Below, piece after piece: positions 1 to 8,443 of a stretch of DNA of 53,721 nt; within the stretch, counting starts at the first letter, position 1; each line of letters begins with the position of its first letter. The notes beneath the pieces were generated by a model. The model saw only the letters and a program-made list of their open reading frames with translations, was not told the origin of the DNA and searched no databases. The stretch comes from a virus, in the UHGV virus genome UHGV-0138535; one strand, written 5' to 3'. A program made the position numbers and the translations under genes.

Positions 1-441
1 ATCCGGTTTACGCCATAACGTTGACAGTGCGCCCACCGGATTTTCCACCATCCACGGCACGTTATGCATATTCGCCAGTTTTTCTACCAGTTTTGCGTTA
101 TGCGCCGCCTTCACCTGGAAGTCAGGGTCTTTTTTCCGTTTATCAGCGAACCAGCGAGCGCCTGAAACGGCGAGATTGTCGCATGGAGGAAAGCCCAAGA
201 TAATGTCAGGATCTGGATAAACAGACAATTCAGGGGAGAACATTACCAGGAAATGGCTGTCAATCCATACGTTAAGATATTCAATATTTGGATGAATTAT
301 TTTTACCCCGTCATAATCCCCGTGATTAGCGCCGTCATAGTTGAAGCAATAGCATTTATAACCAGCTTCCGCCCAATCTTTAACGGCGTACCCGCTTCCG
401 TCGTACAGCGACCAGATAACCCAATTTCTAAGCCCGCTCAT
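1..441 (-). CDS. C5-cytosine DNA methyltransferase-like protein, N-terminal part (open to left edge; in-frame continuation at 53398..53721 if circular)
   Basis: Minus-strand ATG at 441 overlapping upstream stop (ATGA); 147 codons open to position 1; SLYDGSGYAVKDW, GFPPCDNLAVSG and MVENPVG resemble C5-MTase motifs I, IV (PC) and VI (EN). Confidence 0.55.
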   Translation of the reverse strand, partial: MSGLRNWVIWSLYDGSGYAVKDWAEAGYKCYCFNYDGANHGDYDGVKIIHPNIEYLNVWIDSHFLVMFSPELSVYPDPDIILGFPPCDNLAVSGARWFADKRKKDPDFQVKAAHNAKLVEKLANMHNVPWMVENPVGALSTLWRKPD

Positions 442-941
442 TTTCTACCCTCAAACGTGAAATAGCGGCGCATGATGATAGTGATCACCGTTACCGCTGC
501 CATTTTTGAGATGAATTGCATAGCTGATATTTCCGGCATAAACGCCATAAACGATAGCGTAGGAAAAATTAACGCATCACCAATGGCGGACGCTATATTT
601 GCAGGCCAACGTTTAGAATCGAAATCACCAGGTAAAACCCGGTAAACGCCGCCAGAAATAAGCGCACCGGAAACAACCGCGACGAATGACGCGATCGCCA
701 CCATTCCGGCGTCGTAATTTATCAGCACCGTGATTGCGCCAGCGGCGGAGCATGTTGTAGCCGACCATTTAAGGCCGCCGCCATATAACAGAAAATCACG
801 AATCATCATATTGACACACACGGCGGCTACCGTGGTGATCGGAATTACCCACGGGCCACAGTGGTTAACAATAAGATTGATGATAACGAAAACGGCGACA
901 TAAACGCAGGCTAATAACCTGTCAATTGCCACCATCTTCAT
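438..941 (-). CDS. small integral membrane protein, tentatively VUT/YhhQ-like transporter family
   Basis: 167-aa track ORF, mostly hydrophobic with several predicted helices; weak recalled resemblance to YhhQ-type transporters; family assignment tentative. Confidence 0.4.
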   Translation of the reverse strand: MKMVAIDRLLACVYVAVFVIINLIVNHCGPWVIPITTVAAVCVNMMIRDFLLYGGGLKWSATTCSAAGAITVLINYDAGMVAIASFVAVVSGALISGGVYRVLPGDFDSKRWPANIASAIGDALIFPTLSFMAFMPEISAMQFISKMAAVTVITIIMRRYFTFEGRK

Positions 942-1260
942 TTAGCTCTCCCTCCCGATCCGCTAATATCTGTTCGGCCTTAAGCGCGTTATAAGCAATA
1001 AGGTCTATAAGAGTGTCGAGCGGATCAGTTCCATTAGCGAGAATAGCCCCTAAACGCGCTTCCTTGAGGCAAATCATTAGATCCCATACATCAAGTGGGG
1101 TTAAATTTGCATTCATCTTAGCGTTGAAAATAGCCGCTATTTTTGGCGCTGATTTTTCTTCTTTTCGATCGTATCCGTTTTGCTCCCCTCTTGCCTCGAT
1201 AGTTTCAGCCGCAAGTCTCAGCAATTCAGCCGCTTTATTCATTTTCTGCACCTCTTGCAT
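922..1260 (-). CDS. hypothetical protein
   Basis: 112-aa track ORF co-oriented in early-left operon; overlaps Dam 3' end by 26 nt. Confidence 0.45.
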   Translation of the reverse strand: MQEVQKMNKAAELLRLAAETIEARGEQNGYDRKEEKSAPKIAAIFNAKMNANLTPLDVWDLMICLKEARLGAILANGTDPLDTLIDLIAYNALKAEQILADREGELNEDGGN

Positions 1261-1774
1261 ATAGCTCTTTACGTGTTATCTGCGTGAAAATACATTCATG
1301 TCTGCATCGTGGATGCCAGATCAGGAACAAGCTCCCCTTATTGTTCCCGCTTACTGGTTTCCCTGTTGCAGCATTGATAAACGCCAGCCGCCCGCGCGTG
1401 ATTAATCGGCATTCGTTTGCCGTCTCCACGCCGTTCATAAACCAGCTAACAGAAATGTCAGCGGGCAATAACATTACGCATCCGATATGATTTCGGCGGT
1501 GTTCAAACGCCGCTTTATCAACGAATGGCCCCGGATTAGAATATGGCGGATTCATCCAGACATACTCACCAGGCATCGCCACCGCTCCCCACGGATAATG
1601 GAGCGTGTCCATTTCTTCGGTTATATATCGCGGTATTAATGCGTTTGCCTTGTTTGCCGCCACATCCGCGACGAACTCGAATTCTCGATCCATTCCTCTA
1701 AAAACGGGTTTTGGCGTTTGCCATAAGTCCTTTATTTCTTTCGGCGTATGGCTGCCGCCGTAATCATTTTTCAT
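1235..1774 (-). CDS. DNA N6-adenine methyltransferase (phage Dam-type)
   Basis: 179 aa; NPPY catalytic motif in WMNPPYSNPGPF typical of N6-adenine MTases. Confidence 0.8.
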   Translation of the reverse strand: MKNDYGGSHTPKEIKDLWQTPKPVFRGMDREFEFVADVAANKANALIPRYITEEMDTLHYPWGAVAMPGEYVWMNPPYSNPGPFVDKAAFEHRRNHIGCVMLLPADISVSWFMNGVETANECRLITRGRLAFINAATGKPVSGNNKGSLFLIWHPRCRHECIFTQITRKELYARGAENE

Positions 1775-1783
1775 TACGCCCCC

Positions 1784-2227
1784 TTAGAAATAATCCTGAT
1801 CTGTTCCCCAGCGGTTATTCAGATACCCCACCAACCACACAAAACGCTCAATACTGATTAGCGGGGCGACCTTGCGATAATGCTTATCTAATATCAGCCG
1901 CGTGGCTTTATCGCTGTAGCCGTTCTTCTCTACCTCCGCTTTGCAGGCCGAAAGCGCGGCGCGGGCGGCAGTCTTTACGGCGTTAAATTGCGGCTCTGAC
2001 ATATTGAATAAGGCCATAGGATCACCATGTGTCAGTCCAATCCGGCGCGGCAGTCCAGCAAAAACCAATGAATGCGCTAACAGCCAATAAAGCGCGGGCT
2101 GCAAAAAGAATATTCCCAATGTCGTTAAATTCAGGAAGCGACCACGTAATAAACATACCCCCCCAGCATAATAACACTGATAACAGTCAGGGCCGCCAGG
2201 AAAACAAAAAGCGTAGCCAAAAGCCAC
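1784..2227 (-). CDS. hypothetical protein (start uncertain)
   Basis: 147-aa track ORF in co-directional gene array; N-terminal third hydrophobic and Cys-rich, true start may be internal (MALFNMSEP). Confidence 0.4.
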   Translation of the reverse strand: MAFGYAFCFPGGPDCYQCYYAGGVCLLRGRFLNLTTLGIFFLQPALYWLLAHSLVFAGLPRRIGLTHGDPMALFNMSEPQFNAVKTAARAALSACKAEVEKNGYSDKATRLILDKHYRKVAPLISIERFVWLVGYLNNRWGTDQDYF

Positions 2228-2260
2228 GCCCCCAACCAGTTAAAAAAGCTCTTAAGCATT

Positions 2261-2464
2261 TTAAACGCCCTCAATTACCCCGCCTTTCACGCGCTCTTTA
2301 ATATCCCATACGTGAGGCTTGCATATTTCCTGATAATAGTGATCCGGCCTGCTGCCGAAATACCATTTGCCATCCATATAAAAATAAACGCCAGAATAAT
2401 TTCCTGGCGCTGCCTTTGTTGCTGCTTCTGGAATTTTCCATTCCATGTAATGTTTAAATTTCAT
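2261..2464 (-). CDS. hypothetical protein
   Basis: 67-aa track ORF, co-oriented, tight spacing. Confidence 0.4.
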   Translation of the reverse strand: MKFKHYMEWKIPEAATKAAPGNYSGVYFYMDGKWYFGSRPDHYYQEICKPHVWDIKERVKGGVIEGV

Positions 2465-2648
2465 GAGTTTTTAAATAACCCCTTCTGAATGCTTTGATGT
2501 AAATTCCTAGTCGCCTTATATGTTGAACGCCATCAATAAGACGTATTAAATAAATCGCTCCTTTTGCGTCAGATACAAATCTACACCCGAAACCAATGCC
2601 AACTAATTTTAGGTTATCAGGTATTCGATAATCAGTTTCTTGTTCCAT
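2454..2648 (-). CDS. hypothetical protein
   Basis: 64-aa track ORF overlapping neighbour by 11 nt. Confidence 0.35.
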   Translation of the reverse strand: MEQETDYRIPDNLKLVGIGFGCRFVSDAKGAIYLIRLIDGVQHIRRLGIYIKAFRRGYLKTHEI

Positions 2649-2746
2649 ACATTACCTCATATGGTATTCAATAAACCATCTGATAAACAGGCATAAGGCA
2701 ATAAAACCCCAGCAACAGCACATATAAAACAATGTGTCGTCCATAA

Positions 2747-3025
2747 TTAAGCCTCAATAACACCGTAATCAAACGTGCCTAAATACAGTTCGATACTTAC
2801 AACCTCAATACCATCAATGCACCGTTTCCACACAGACACCTGGCTTTCATTTTCTCTGAAGTGCATATTAGAAAGCACTTCATCGGCTGGGTAGCCTTTC
2901 CCGGCGACGTAGGCATCGTGACCTACGCCACCTTCTACACAGTAGAGCATCAATTCGCGTTCCATCTTGCTTCCTCCGCACCGTAAACCTTTTAATTTCG
3001 ACTTACAAAACGGATACGCAATCAC
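2747..3025 (-). CDS. hypothetical protein (start uncertain)
   Basis: 92-aa track ORF; internal Met (MERELMLYCVEGG) may be the true start. Confidence 0.35.
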   Translation of the reverse strand: MIAYPFCKSKLKGLRCGGSKMERELMLYCVEGGVGHDAYVAGKGYPADEVLSNMHFRENESQVSVWKRCIDGIEVVSIELYLGTFDYGVIEA

Positions 3026-3063
3026 AATACAAAGTGTATATTCATGTAATCGGAATCACTCGG

Positions 3064-3684
3064 TTAATGCAGTACACGTTTCCCCTGTTCAGGCATCGGC
3101 TGTGCGTTTTTCCGTGCGTCATTAAGCACAGCGATAGCCGCCTGTACACCGAAATCATTTGCACGCATATCATTGCCAACCATTTCACCGTAAAACAATG
3201 GCATGAGCGCTTTTACTTCTTCCTCTTTGTGGCCTTCCTCAATGAATTTCTGCAACATCTTAACCTCAAAGATATCTTTCATCAGGCCGCGCATAGAATG
3301 TAGTGAAACACTACCAAGCTGATCCTTGTTCAACGGAAAAATAACAGCACTTCCGAACGCGAGCGGTTCAACCTCTTCCGGCACTGGTACGCGTCCGAAT
3401 TCTTCCTCCATGCGCTTCACAAAAGTAAGAGAGAATACATAACGCGCCACCGATGTTTTTTCTTCCATACTTAAAGACACGTAATCGCGGATTGGCGCAC
3501 CCATCACAATATCAACAACCTGTAGCGCCAGATTCAAATCAGCGTCATACGCGCCAGCTTCCATATCTTTCAATACTTCGTGATAATCTTTAATTTCCAC
3601 TTCGTGAAAGTTTGCATCATCTGTATAGCGAGTGATCAACATACCTTCATTACCGAGAGAGTAAGCTGTTTTGATGTCGTTCAT
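3064..3684 (-). CDS. hypothetical early protein
   Basis: 206-aa track ORF in early-left operon. Confidence 0.5.
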   Translation of the reverse strand: MNDIKTAYSLGNEGMLITRYTDDANFHEVEIKDYHEVLKDMEAGAYDADLNLALQVVDIVMGAPIRDYVSLSMEEKTSVARYVFSLTFVKRMEEEFGRVPVPEEVEPLAFGSAVIFPLNKDQLGSVSLHSMRGLMKDIFEVKMLQKFIEEGHKEEEVKALMPLFYGEMVGNDMRANDFGVQAAIAVLNDARKNAQPMPEQGKRVLH

Positions 3685-3697
3685 GATATTTATCCTT

Positions 3698-4030
3698 TTA
3701 TAGTGGGTGATGCCATTTCATTTCTGTTTCTGAATTAAACGGGTTTCCTTCGCTTGAAAGGAATAAATCACGCTCCCGTTTCAGTTCTTCCGGGCTTATT
3801 TCTATTTCATCAATCTGACCGAACGATCCCGGCATCATTCGTTTTAAATCAGATAGCGGACGCATAAGGCCGCAGCCGCGTAACAGCATATCGACCGCGA
3901 ATTGTCTACGTCCGGCGGCGTCATTAAAGCGCCGTGCCCAGGGTACAACCACGATCCGGCGTTCGAATTCGATAAATAGTGATAGCTTATTTGTTTCGCT
4001 ATCATAGGCCTTATGTAATTTAATTTTCAT
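3698..4030 (-). CDS. hypothetical protein
   Basis: 110-aa track ORF; overlaps next gene by 11 nt. Confidence 0.45.
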   Translation of the reverse strand: MKIKLHKAYDSETNKLSLFIEFERRIVVVPWARRFNDAAGRRQFAVDMLLRGCGLMRPLSDLKRMMPGSFGQIDEIEISPEELKRERDLFLSSEGNPFNSETEMKWHHPL

Positions 4031-4211
4031 TTAACACCTCAACATATTGTTCAAGATGCCATTTACCCACCTCGTCGTCTTCTTCATCAAATAATGTTAC
4101 TTGACCCCCTGACCCGAAAGAAAAGGCAGCGACAATAAATTTATAGCCATACCACGTGCGGATCTTTTCTCCGCCTTTCAGGTCTTTAACTTTCACTAAT
4201 TTTATAGCCAT
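4020..4211 (-). CDS. hypothetical protein
   Basis: 63-aa track ORF, overlapping neighbours on both sides. Confidence 0.4.
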   Translation of the reverse strand: MAIKLVKVKDLKGGEKIRTWYGYKFIVAAFSFGSGGQVTLFDEEDDEVGKWHLEQYVEVLNEN

Positions 4212-4474
4212 ACGCCAAACATCCCATTCAGTCCGGCGAACAATTTCCGCCAGTGGTTTTCAACATAAGCACGGAACGGCTTAACGCGAACATTGTGGGC
4301 CTTTAGTTCAATCTCATCAAAGTAGCGCGGTTCTATGATTGTTCCGTCCAGGTATTTAACCACTAGCGGGCGCTCGAGATCGTTATATATCTTATTCAGT
4401 ACAACCAGGCCAGGGTCATCACGATATTCAGGCAACACAACAAGATCACCAGCCTTTGCATCCCATGTTTTCAT
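4202..4474 (-). CDS. hypothetical protein
   Basis: Track ORF 4202..4477 begins with GTG; first ATG at 4474 overlaps upstream micro-ORF stop (TGATGA). Confidence 0.45.
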   Translation of the reverse strand: MKTWDAKAGDLVVLPEYRDDPGLVVLNKIYNDLERPLVVKYLDGTIIEPRYFDEIELKAHNVRVKPFRAYVENHWRKLFAGLNGMFGVWL

Positions 4475-4593
4475 CACGGCAACCCTCTAAAAATAAAGCT
4501 AACCAACGCAGCAAATGCGCCACAAGAAACAACCACAAACAGGAAGCAAATAATGCAAAACGCGACAGTCACAATATCCTTACCGACTTTCAT
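4474..4593 (-). CDS. hydrophobic micro-protein (39 aa, single predicted TM helix)
   Basis: ATG preceded by GAGG; MKVGKDIVTVAFCIICFLFVVVSCGAFAALVSFIFRGLP; not in ORF track (<60 aa). Confidence 0.4.
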   Translation of the reverse strand: MKVGKDIVTVAFCIICFLFVVVSCGAFAALVSFIFRGLP

Positions 4594-4601
4594 GATTGGC
4601 C

Positions 4602-4715
4602 TCACATGTTAGTAATGAGTTTAATGATCGCTACCGTGATATAAAGAGATACACTGAGATACAGCACGGCGATAGATAAAGCCGCAAGCAATGCGGCAAT
4701 TTTTGCAAAGCTCAT
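4602..4715 (-). CDS. hydrophobic micro-protein (37 aa, single predicted TM helix)
   Basis: ATG overlaps upstream stop (ATGA), preceded by GGAGGGTGG; MSFAKIAALLAALSIAVLYLSVSLYITVAIIKLITNM. Confidence 0.4.
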   Translation of the reverse strand: MSFAKIAALLAALSIAVLYLSVSLYITVAIIKLITNM

Positions 4716-4936
4716 TTGCCACCCTCCGCAATTAACTTATCAAGCCATTTGTTATTAGCCAGCCGTTCGGCATCTTCGCCGAATGATTTACGGTCGCTTA
4801 ATTCCTGGCGAGTAGGCTTAGGCCATTTATCGTGCCACCCTGCAGACGTTTCGAACTCATACAGGCCGCCGTCAAAACAAATAAGCTCATCACAACCGTC
4901 AGGAATTTCCTTGTCTACTTCTTTTTCTTCAATCAT
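4712..4936 (-). CDS. hypothetical protein
   Basis: 74-aa track ORF. Confidence 0.45.
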   Translation of the reverse strand: MIEEKEVDKEIPDGCDELICFDGGLYEFETSAGWHDKWPKPTRQELSDRKSFGEDAERLANNKWLDKLIAEGGK

Positions 4937-4948
4937 GATAACACCTCA

Positions 4949-5227
4949 TTAATCGTTAATGACCTGGCCCATACGCCCGCGATATTTGCGCATACGTGGA
5001 TCGACATATTCAGGCCAGTGCATATCCGGTTTTCTTTGCAGCGGATAAAAACTTGCCTGCCAGTTGTCGAACCATATTTGTTTTGCGTACAGGTCACTAA
5101 ATCTTTTTGCCATCCGTTCCGCTGCCGTGCCGCATAAAAAAAGCCCGCGATCGATTTGATCACGGGCTTCTTTTAATACTTGCTCTTTTGTTCGTGGCGG
5201 TGGTGGCGGTTTTAGATAATCAACCAT
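4949..5227 (-). CDS. hypothetical protein
   Basis: 92-aa track ORF downstream of ssb. Confidence 0.45.
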   Translation of the reverse strand: MVDYLKPPPPPRTKEQVLKEARDQIDRGLFLCGTAAERMAKRFSDLYAKQIWFDNWQASFYPLQRKPDMHWPEYVDPRMRKYRGRMGQVIND

Positions 5228-5242
5228 CGCTAACCTATTGGA

Positions 5243-5647
5243 TCAAAACGGGATATCGTCATCAAAGTCCATCGGCGGATTATTCCCGTTATTATTCTGC
5301 TGCTGCGGAGGCGCTTTCTGCTGCTGGCCTTGTTGGTTAACGTTCATGAATTCAAATTCGTTAACCGCCACTTCTACCGCCGTTCCCTTCGTGCCGTCGT
5401 TCCGGTCATATTGCCGAACATCCAGGCGACCGCTTACCACTATTTTTCCACCCTTGCGGATATGTGGCGCTAATTTTTCCGCACGCTCACCAAATACCAG
5501 GCAAGTGACCCACATTGTCCGCTTATTATCGCCGTAGCCATTCGTTACAGCTAACGGAAAACTACCAATCGCTTTCCCGTTTTGTGTGTAGCGAACCTCC
5601 ATATCATTACCGATATTCCCGCCCAGCGTGATTGAATTTAAACTCAT
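5243..5647 (-). CDS. ssb: single-stranded DNA-binding protein
   Basis: 134 aa; OB-fold N-terminus (LGGNIGNDMEVRYTQNG), Gln/Pro-rich linker and acidic tail PPMDFDDDIPF typical of SSB. Confidence 0.85.
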   Translation of the reverse strand: MSLNSITLGGNIGNDMEVRYTQNGKAIGSFPLAVTNGYGDNKRTMWVTCLVFGERAEKLAPHIRKGGKIVVSGRLDVRQYDRNDGTKGTAVEVAVNEFEFMNVNQQGQQQKAPPQQQNNNGNNPPMDFDDDIPF

Positions 5648-6291
5648 TAACCCATCTCCCCGTTAAGCTCTGCTACCCGGATGTCATAAACATCTTTTGC
5701 CTTGATTCGATGTTCCGATCCTTCCGGTAGTAATTTCCAGCATTTGCCAAATATTTCACGCAGCTTGTTAGCGTCCTGCGCTTTCGCTGCTGCATCACAG
5801 AAACGTGCTAATACTTCATCAGGATTTGGCGGCGCTTTCTGCTGCTGTGGTTGTTGTTTTGGTGGGTTTTTCTGCTGGCGAGGCTGCTGGCCTGTCTGCT
5901 TAGCGTATGCGTCAGTATCAGGATCTCGCGCATCATCAATGCAGAATAAACCGTTCAAAGCATATTTTCGCGCGTAACTTGATGTCGCACCTGTTAGCTG
6001 GCTTGCGTCCATTCCCTTCTTGCTTTCTTCTTCCCTGGCGTAAGCCGTTACCGCTATTTCGTCTTCACCGTCGCTTAGCGTCGCCGTAGCTTTCACATAA
6101 TAGCGATTGCCGATCAGGACAATTTCATCGCTTACAGTCAGCGTAATACTTTGAAGCAGTGGTTTAACCGCCTCTAAAATATCCTCCGCCGACCTGTAAT
6201 TATATCCACCAAAATTATTACGCTGATTTTTCGGCGCGTTCAGCGTTTGCTGAATCGTCCATAGCTTTTTATGTAACTCTGTTTTCACCAT
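5647..6291 (-). CDS. erf: Erf-family single-strand annealing recombinase
   Basis: 214 aa; conserved block NAPKNQRNNFGGYNYRSAEDILEAVKPLL...DEIVLIGNRYYVKATATL...GATSSYARKYALNGLF matches P22 Erf family. Confidence 0.85.
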   Translation of the reverse strand: MVKTELHKKLWTIQQTLNAPKNQRNNFGGYNYRSAEDILEAVKPLLQSITLTVSDEIVLIGNRYYVKATATLSDGEDEIAVTAYAREEESKKGMDASQLTGATSSYARKYALNGLFCIDDARDPDTDAYAKQTGQQPRQQKNPPKQQPQQQKAPPNPDEVLARFCDAAAKAQDANKLREIFGKCWKLLPEGSEHRIKAKDVYDIRVAELNGEMG

Positions 6292-6407
6292 TTAATCTCC
6301 CGTGCTGTTAACACTATGTATAAGGCTTTATTCGCGGCGCTCCACATTTCGGCATCGTGAAGCATTTCCGCTACTGCCAGTTTGAATTGAAGCGCCTGAA
6401 TAACCAT
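6285..6407 (-). CDS. small hypothetical protein (40 aa)
   Basis: ATG preceded by GGAGAT; stop overlaps erf start; not in track. Confidence 0.35.
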   Translation of the reverse strand: MVIQALQFKLAVAEMLHDAEMWSAANKALYIVLTAREIKW

Positions 6408-6437
6408 AATGTCATCTCCGGATGTTTACATTTTGTA

Positions 6438-6728
6438 TTAATGGTAGCGGACTTTATCCAGGGGTTTTTCCCCTAAATGGCGTGGTTGCGTTGCGTGGTA
6501 GTAGCTGCCGCTTTCATTTTTCGTATACCATTTTACTGATCCTTTGCGACGTTCTTTAATGCTATTTGGTTTGCATCTTTCCTCGTTTGCAAATCGAATA
6601 GCTTTATCCACATTGTCTGTTTTATTGATTGCAGGTGATGATTTTCTTTCGTTTTCTCTTTTTATCCTTCTGCGTTCCCTGGCATTCATTTTGCTATCAC
6701 ATTTACCATATATAATTGTAACGCTCAT
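6438..6728 (-). CDS. putative N-like transcription antiterminator
   Basis: 96 aa; first gene downstream of cI; GGAG 7 nt before ATG; arginine-rich motif ARERRRIKRENERK near N-terminus like lambda/P22 N. Confidence 0.5.
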   Translation of the reverse strand: MSVTIIYGKCDSKMNARERRRIKRENERKSSPAINKTDNVDKAIRFANEERCKPNSIKERRKGSVKWYTKNESGSYYHATQPRHLGEKPLDKVRYH

Positions 6729-6788
6729 AATTTGATCTCCGTATATCCTTGATGATACTTAATAAAAAATCATCTTCGTTAATTGCCG

Positions 6789-6822
6789 CGCTTCCAGCGG
6801 CTGACCAGATTGTTAATGAGCG
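6789..6822 (-). promoter_or_regulatory. putative nutL (boxA-like CGCTCATTAACA plus boxB-like hairpin CGCTGGAAGCG)
   Basis: Minus-strand boxA-like element then small hairpin about 100 nt upstream of N-like gene; near-identical hairpin at nutR candidate. Confidence 0.3.
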
Positions 6823-7195
6823 GCTTAACATCTTTCAACTAATCCCGCAATCATCGCCGTTCCCGGCGTGACCTTGCTCACTCCAAGCAAGCTGACTCGT
6901 CGCCTTGCGTGCGGTTTCGTGGGGGATGTAACGCTTTAAACACCCCATGCGCCTTGTTATCAGTGCCGCTTTCGGTCCCCCATCGGGGAGTTACTCCACG
7001 GTTGACAAGGTGTTAAGCCTGATTTTTAAAGTGCCAGGAAGTTGCTTTTGTTACCTGCGCCCTTCCTTTGACTCGCAATATACGCCCCGTAAAACATCGA
7101 GTCAATCCATTTTGTATACTTTTTTTAAAATATTTTATATGCCATTGATATTTAAATAATAAATAACGTTTTCTGTTTACGTTTTGGTGTTTTCC

Positions 7196-7224
7196 AGGCA
7201 AAGAAAAGCCGCCATTCGGCGGCT
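7196..7224 (-). terminator. intrinsic terminator downstream of repressor gene
   Basis: Hairpin AGCCGCC-GAAT-GGCGGCT followed by TTTTCTTT on minus strand just after cI stop. Confidence 0.5.
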
Positions 7225-7229
7225 AATGT

Positions 7230-7877
7230 TTATGGCAGGTTTACGATCTTCGCATCAACCACCACGCCTATAATTTTTGATTCTGGATTCATAGGGATTG
7301 GCGGATACAGCGGATTGAGCGAACGTAAAAGCCTTTGACCTCCATCAATAATCAACTGTTTAAACGTCGGTATCTGCCCTTCCTCAAGCTGGGCTATAAC
7401 CAGTTTGCCGTCAATAGCTGGCGCGTGCGGGTCCACAAGTATCATCGTCCCCGCCGGGATGCTCAACCCCTGCGGCGCGTTCATTGATTCACCTTTGGCA
7501 ACCAGCCAGTAACTGTCATCTGAACAAATAACGCTAGTCGTAACGTGTCGTAATGCTGAACGCCTTGCGTCATCCATATTGTTTACTGTGTCCTTCCAGT
7601 CAATAACCGGGTAACTACCTAAATCACGCGGCGGCACGGCCTGAAGTGTATTAGAAACAGAATCATCAATGACCATGCCATCATGTGTAACAGTAAACTG
7701 CCGACGACCAAGCTCGCGCATAATCCGCGCAATATCTTCAAGATTTGGCTCTCGGCGACCGTTCAGCCAGTGTGACAGGCCGCCTTTAGTTATCCCCATA
7801 CGATCCGCGAGTGAATCCTGGCTCATGCCCTGCGCCCGCATGAGCTGCTTTGCTAAGTCATACCATTTTGTTTTCAT
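7230..7877 (-). CDS. CI-like prophage repressor (HTH plus S24 LexA-type peptidase domain)
   Basis: 215 aa; N-terminal HTH (SQDSLADRMGITKGGLSHWLNG), C-terminal peptidase with AKGESM serine motif. Confidence 0.85.
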   Translation of the reverse strand: MKTKWYDLAKQLMRAQGMSQDSLADRMGITKGGLSHWLNGRREPNLEDIARIMRELGRRQFTVTHDGMVIDDSVSNTLQAVPPRDLGSYPVIDWKDTVNNMDDARRSALRHVTTSVICSDDSYWLVAKGESMNAPQGLSIPAGTMILVDPHAPAIDGKLVIAQLEEGQIPTFKQLIIDGGQRLLRSLNPLYPPIPMNPESKIIGVVVDAKIVNLP

Positions 7878-8040
7878 GTCGCTACCCTATAACCTCAAAA
7901 AGTTTGATGCAAGTCACAAAACGTGTATTTTAAGCCTTGATCTTAAAATTCCATTTTGTAAACTTGCAGACAAGGTAAGGCCATACTTGCAAAGACGCAA
8001 GGAAAAAGATAACTGAAGGCACAAAAAGGCACTTACCTTA
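7878..8040. promoter_or_regulatory. immunity-region operator/promoter segment
   Basis: Divergent intergenic region with repeated TGCAAG/CTTGCA half-sites (CTTGCAAAGACGCAAG, CTTGCAGACAAG) and a CCATTTTGTAAACTT motif; no Cro-sized ORF found. Confidence 0.4.
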
Positions 8041-8073
8041 TGCTCTTTAAAAATCCGGTGTCGCTGCGAAGCG
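8041..8073 (+). promoter_or_regulatory. putative nutR (boxA-like TGCTCTTTAAAAA plus boxB-like hairpin CGCTGCGAAGCG)
   Basis: Plus-strand leader of right operon; hairpin nearly identical to nutL candidate. Confidence 0.3.
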
Positions 8074-8182
8074 AAAAACAAATATCACGCAACGGCGGGA
8101 TCTGTTGAGCGGTCAGTCACTGCTATCTAATGCTAATGGGATGCCCGCCCGCGCGTTCACTCTAACCATAGGAGAAAATGCG

Positions 8183-8440
8183 ATGAGTATGAACATGATT
8201 AGTAAAGCATGGAACGTAAAACTTAATAGCCCGATTCAAAAACTTGTCTTAATGGCTCTGGCTGAAAAGGCAGATAACAAAGGACGGGTACATGATGCAT
8301 CACGCAAAGAAGTAGCCGCAATGTGTGAACTTCCTGTTCATACGGTACATGATGCCTTCGCCGCGTTAATGGATAAAGGATTTGTTTGTCGTCTTGATGC
8401 ATTCAGTGATGTCTATGTAGTGATGTTGCCGGAGGGATGA
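8183..8440 (+). CDS. winged-helix DNA-binding protein (HTH_36-like)
   Basis: In-frame ATG at 8183 with GGAGAAAA RBS inside track ORF 8105..8440 (track start is TTG); LNSPIQKLVLMALAEKADNKGRV...VHTVHDAFAALMDKGFV. Confidence 0.6.
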   Translation: MSMNMISKAWNVKLNSPIQKLVLMALAEKADNKGRVHDASRKEVAAMCELPVHTVHDAFAALMDKGFVCRLDAFSDVYVVMLPEG

Positions 8441-8443
8441 TCT

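Noticed and set aside
253-465. Plus-strand 70-aa track ORF (and 21..203)
   Set aside because: Entirely antisense to the minus-strand MTase-like ORF, which has recognisable motifs and translational coupling to its upstream gene.
6947-7201. Track ORFs 6947..7159 (+) and 7013..7201 (-) between the N-like gene and cI
   Set aside because: They fall in the leader/promoter region containing the terminator hairpin and nutL-like elements, have low-complexity products and no convincing RBS; more likely non-coding regulatory DNA.
7878-8182. Search for a Cro gene between cI and the first rightward gene
   Set aside because: The only ATG-initiated frame (8039..8107, 22 codons) has no HTH character and overlaps the boxA-like element; no Cro-like ORF could be supported.
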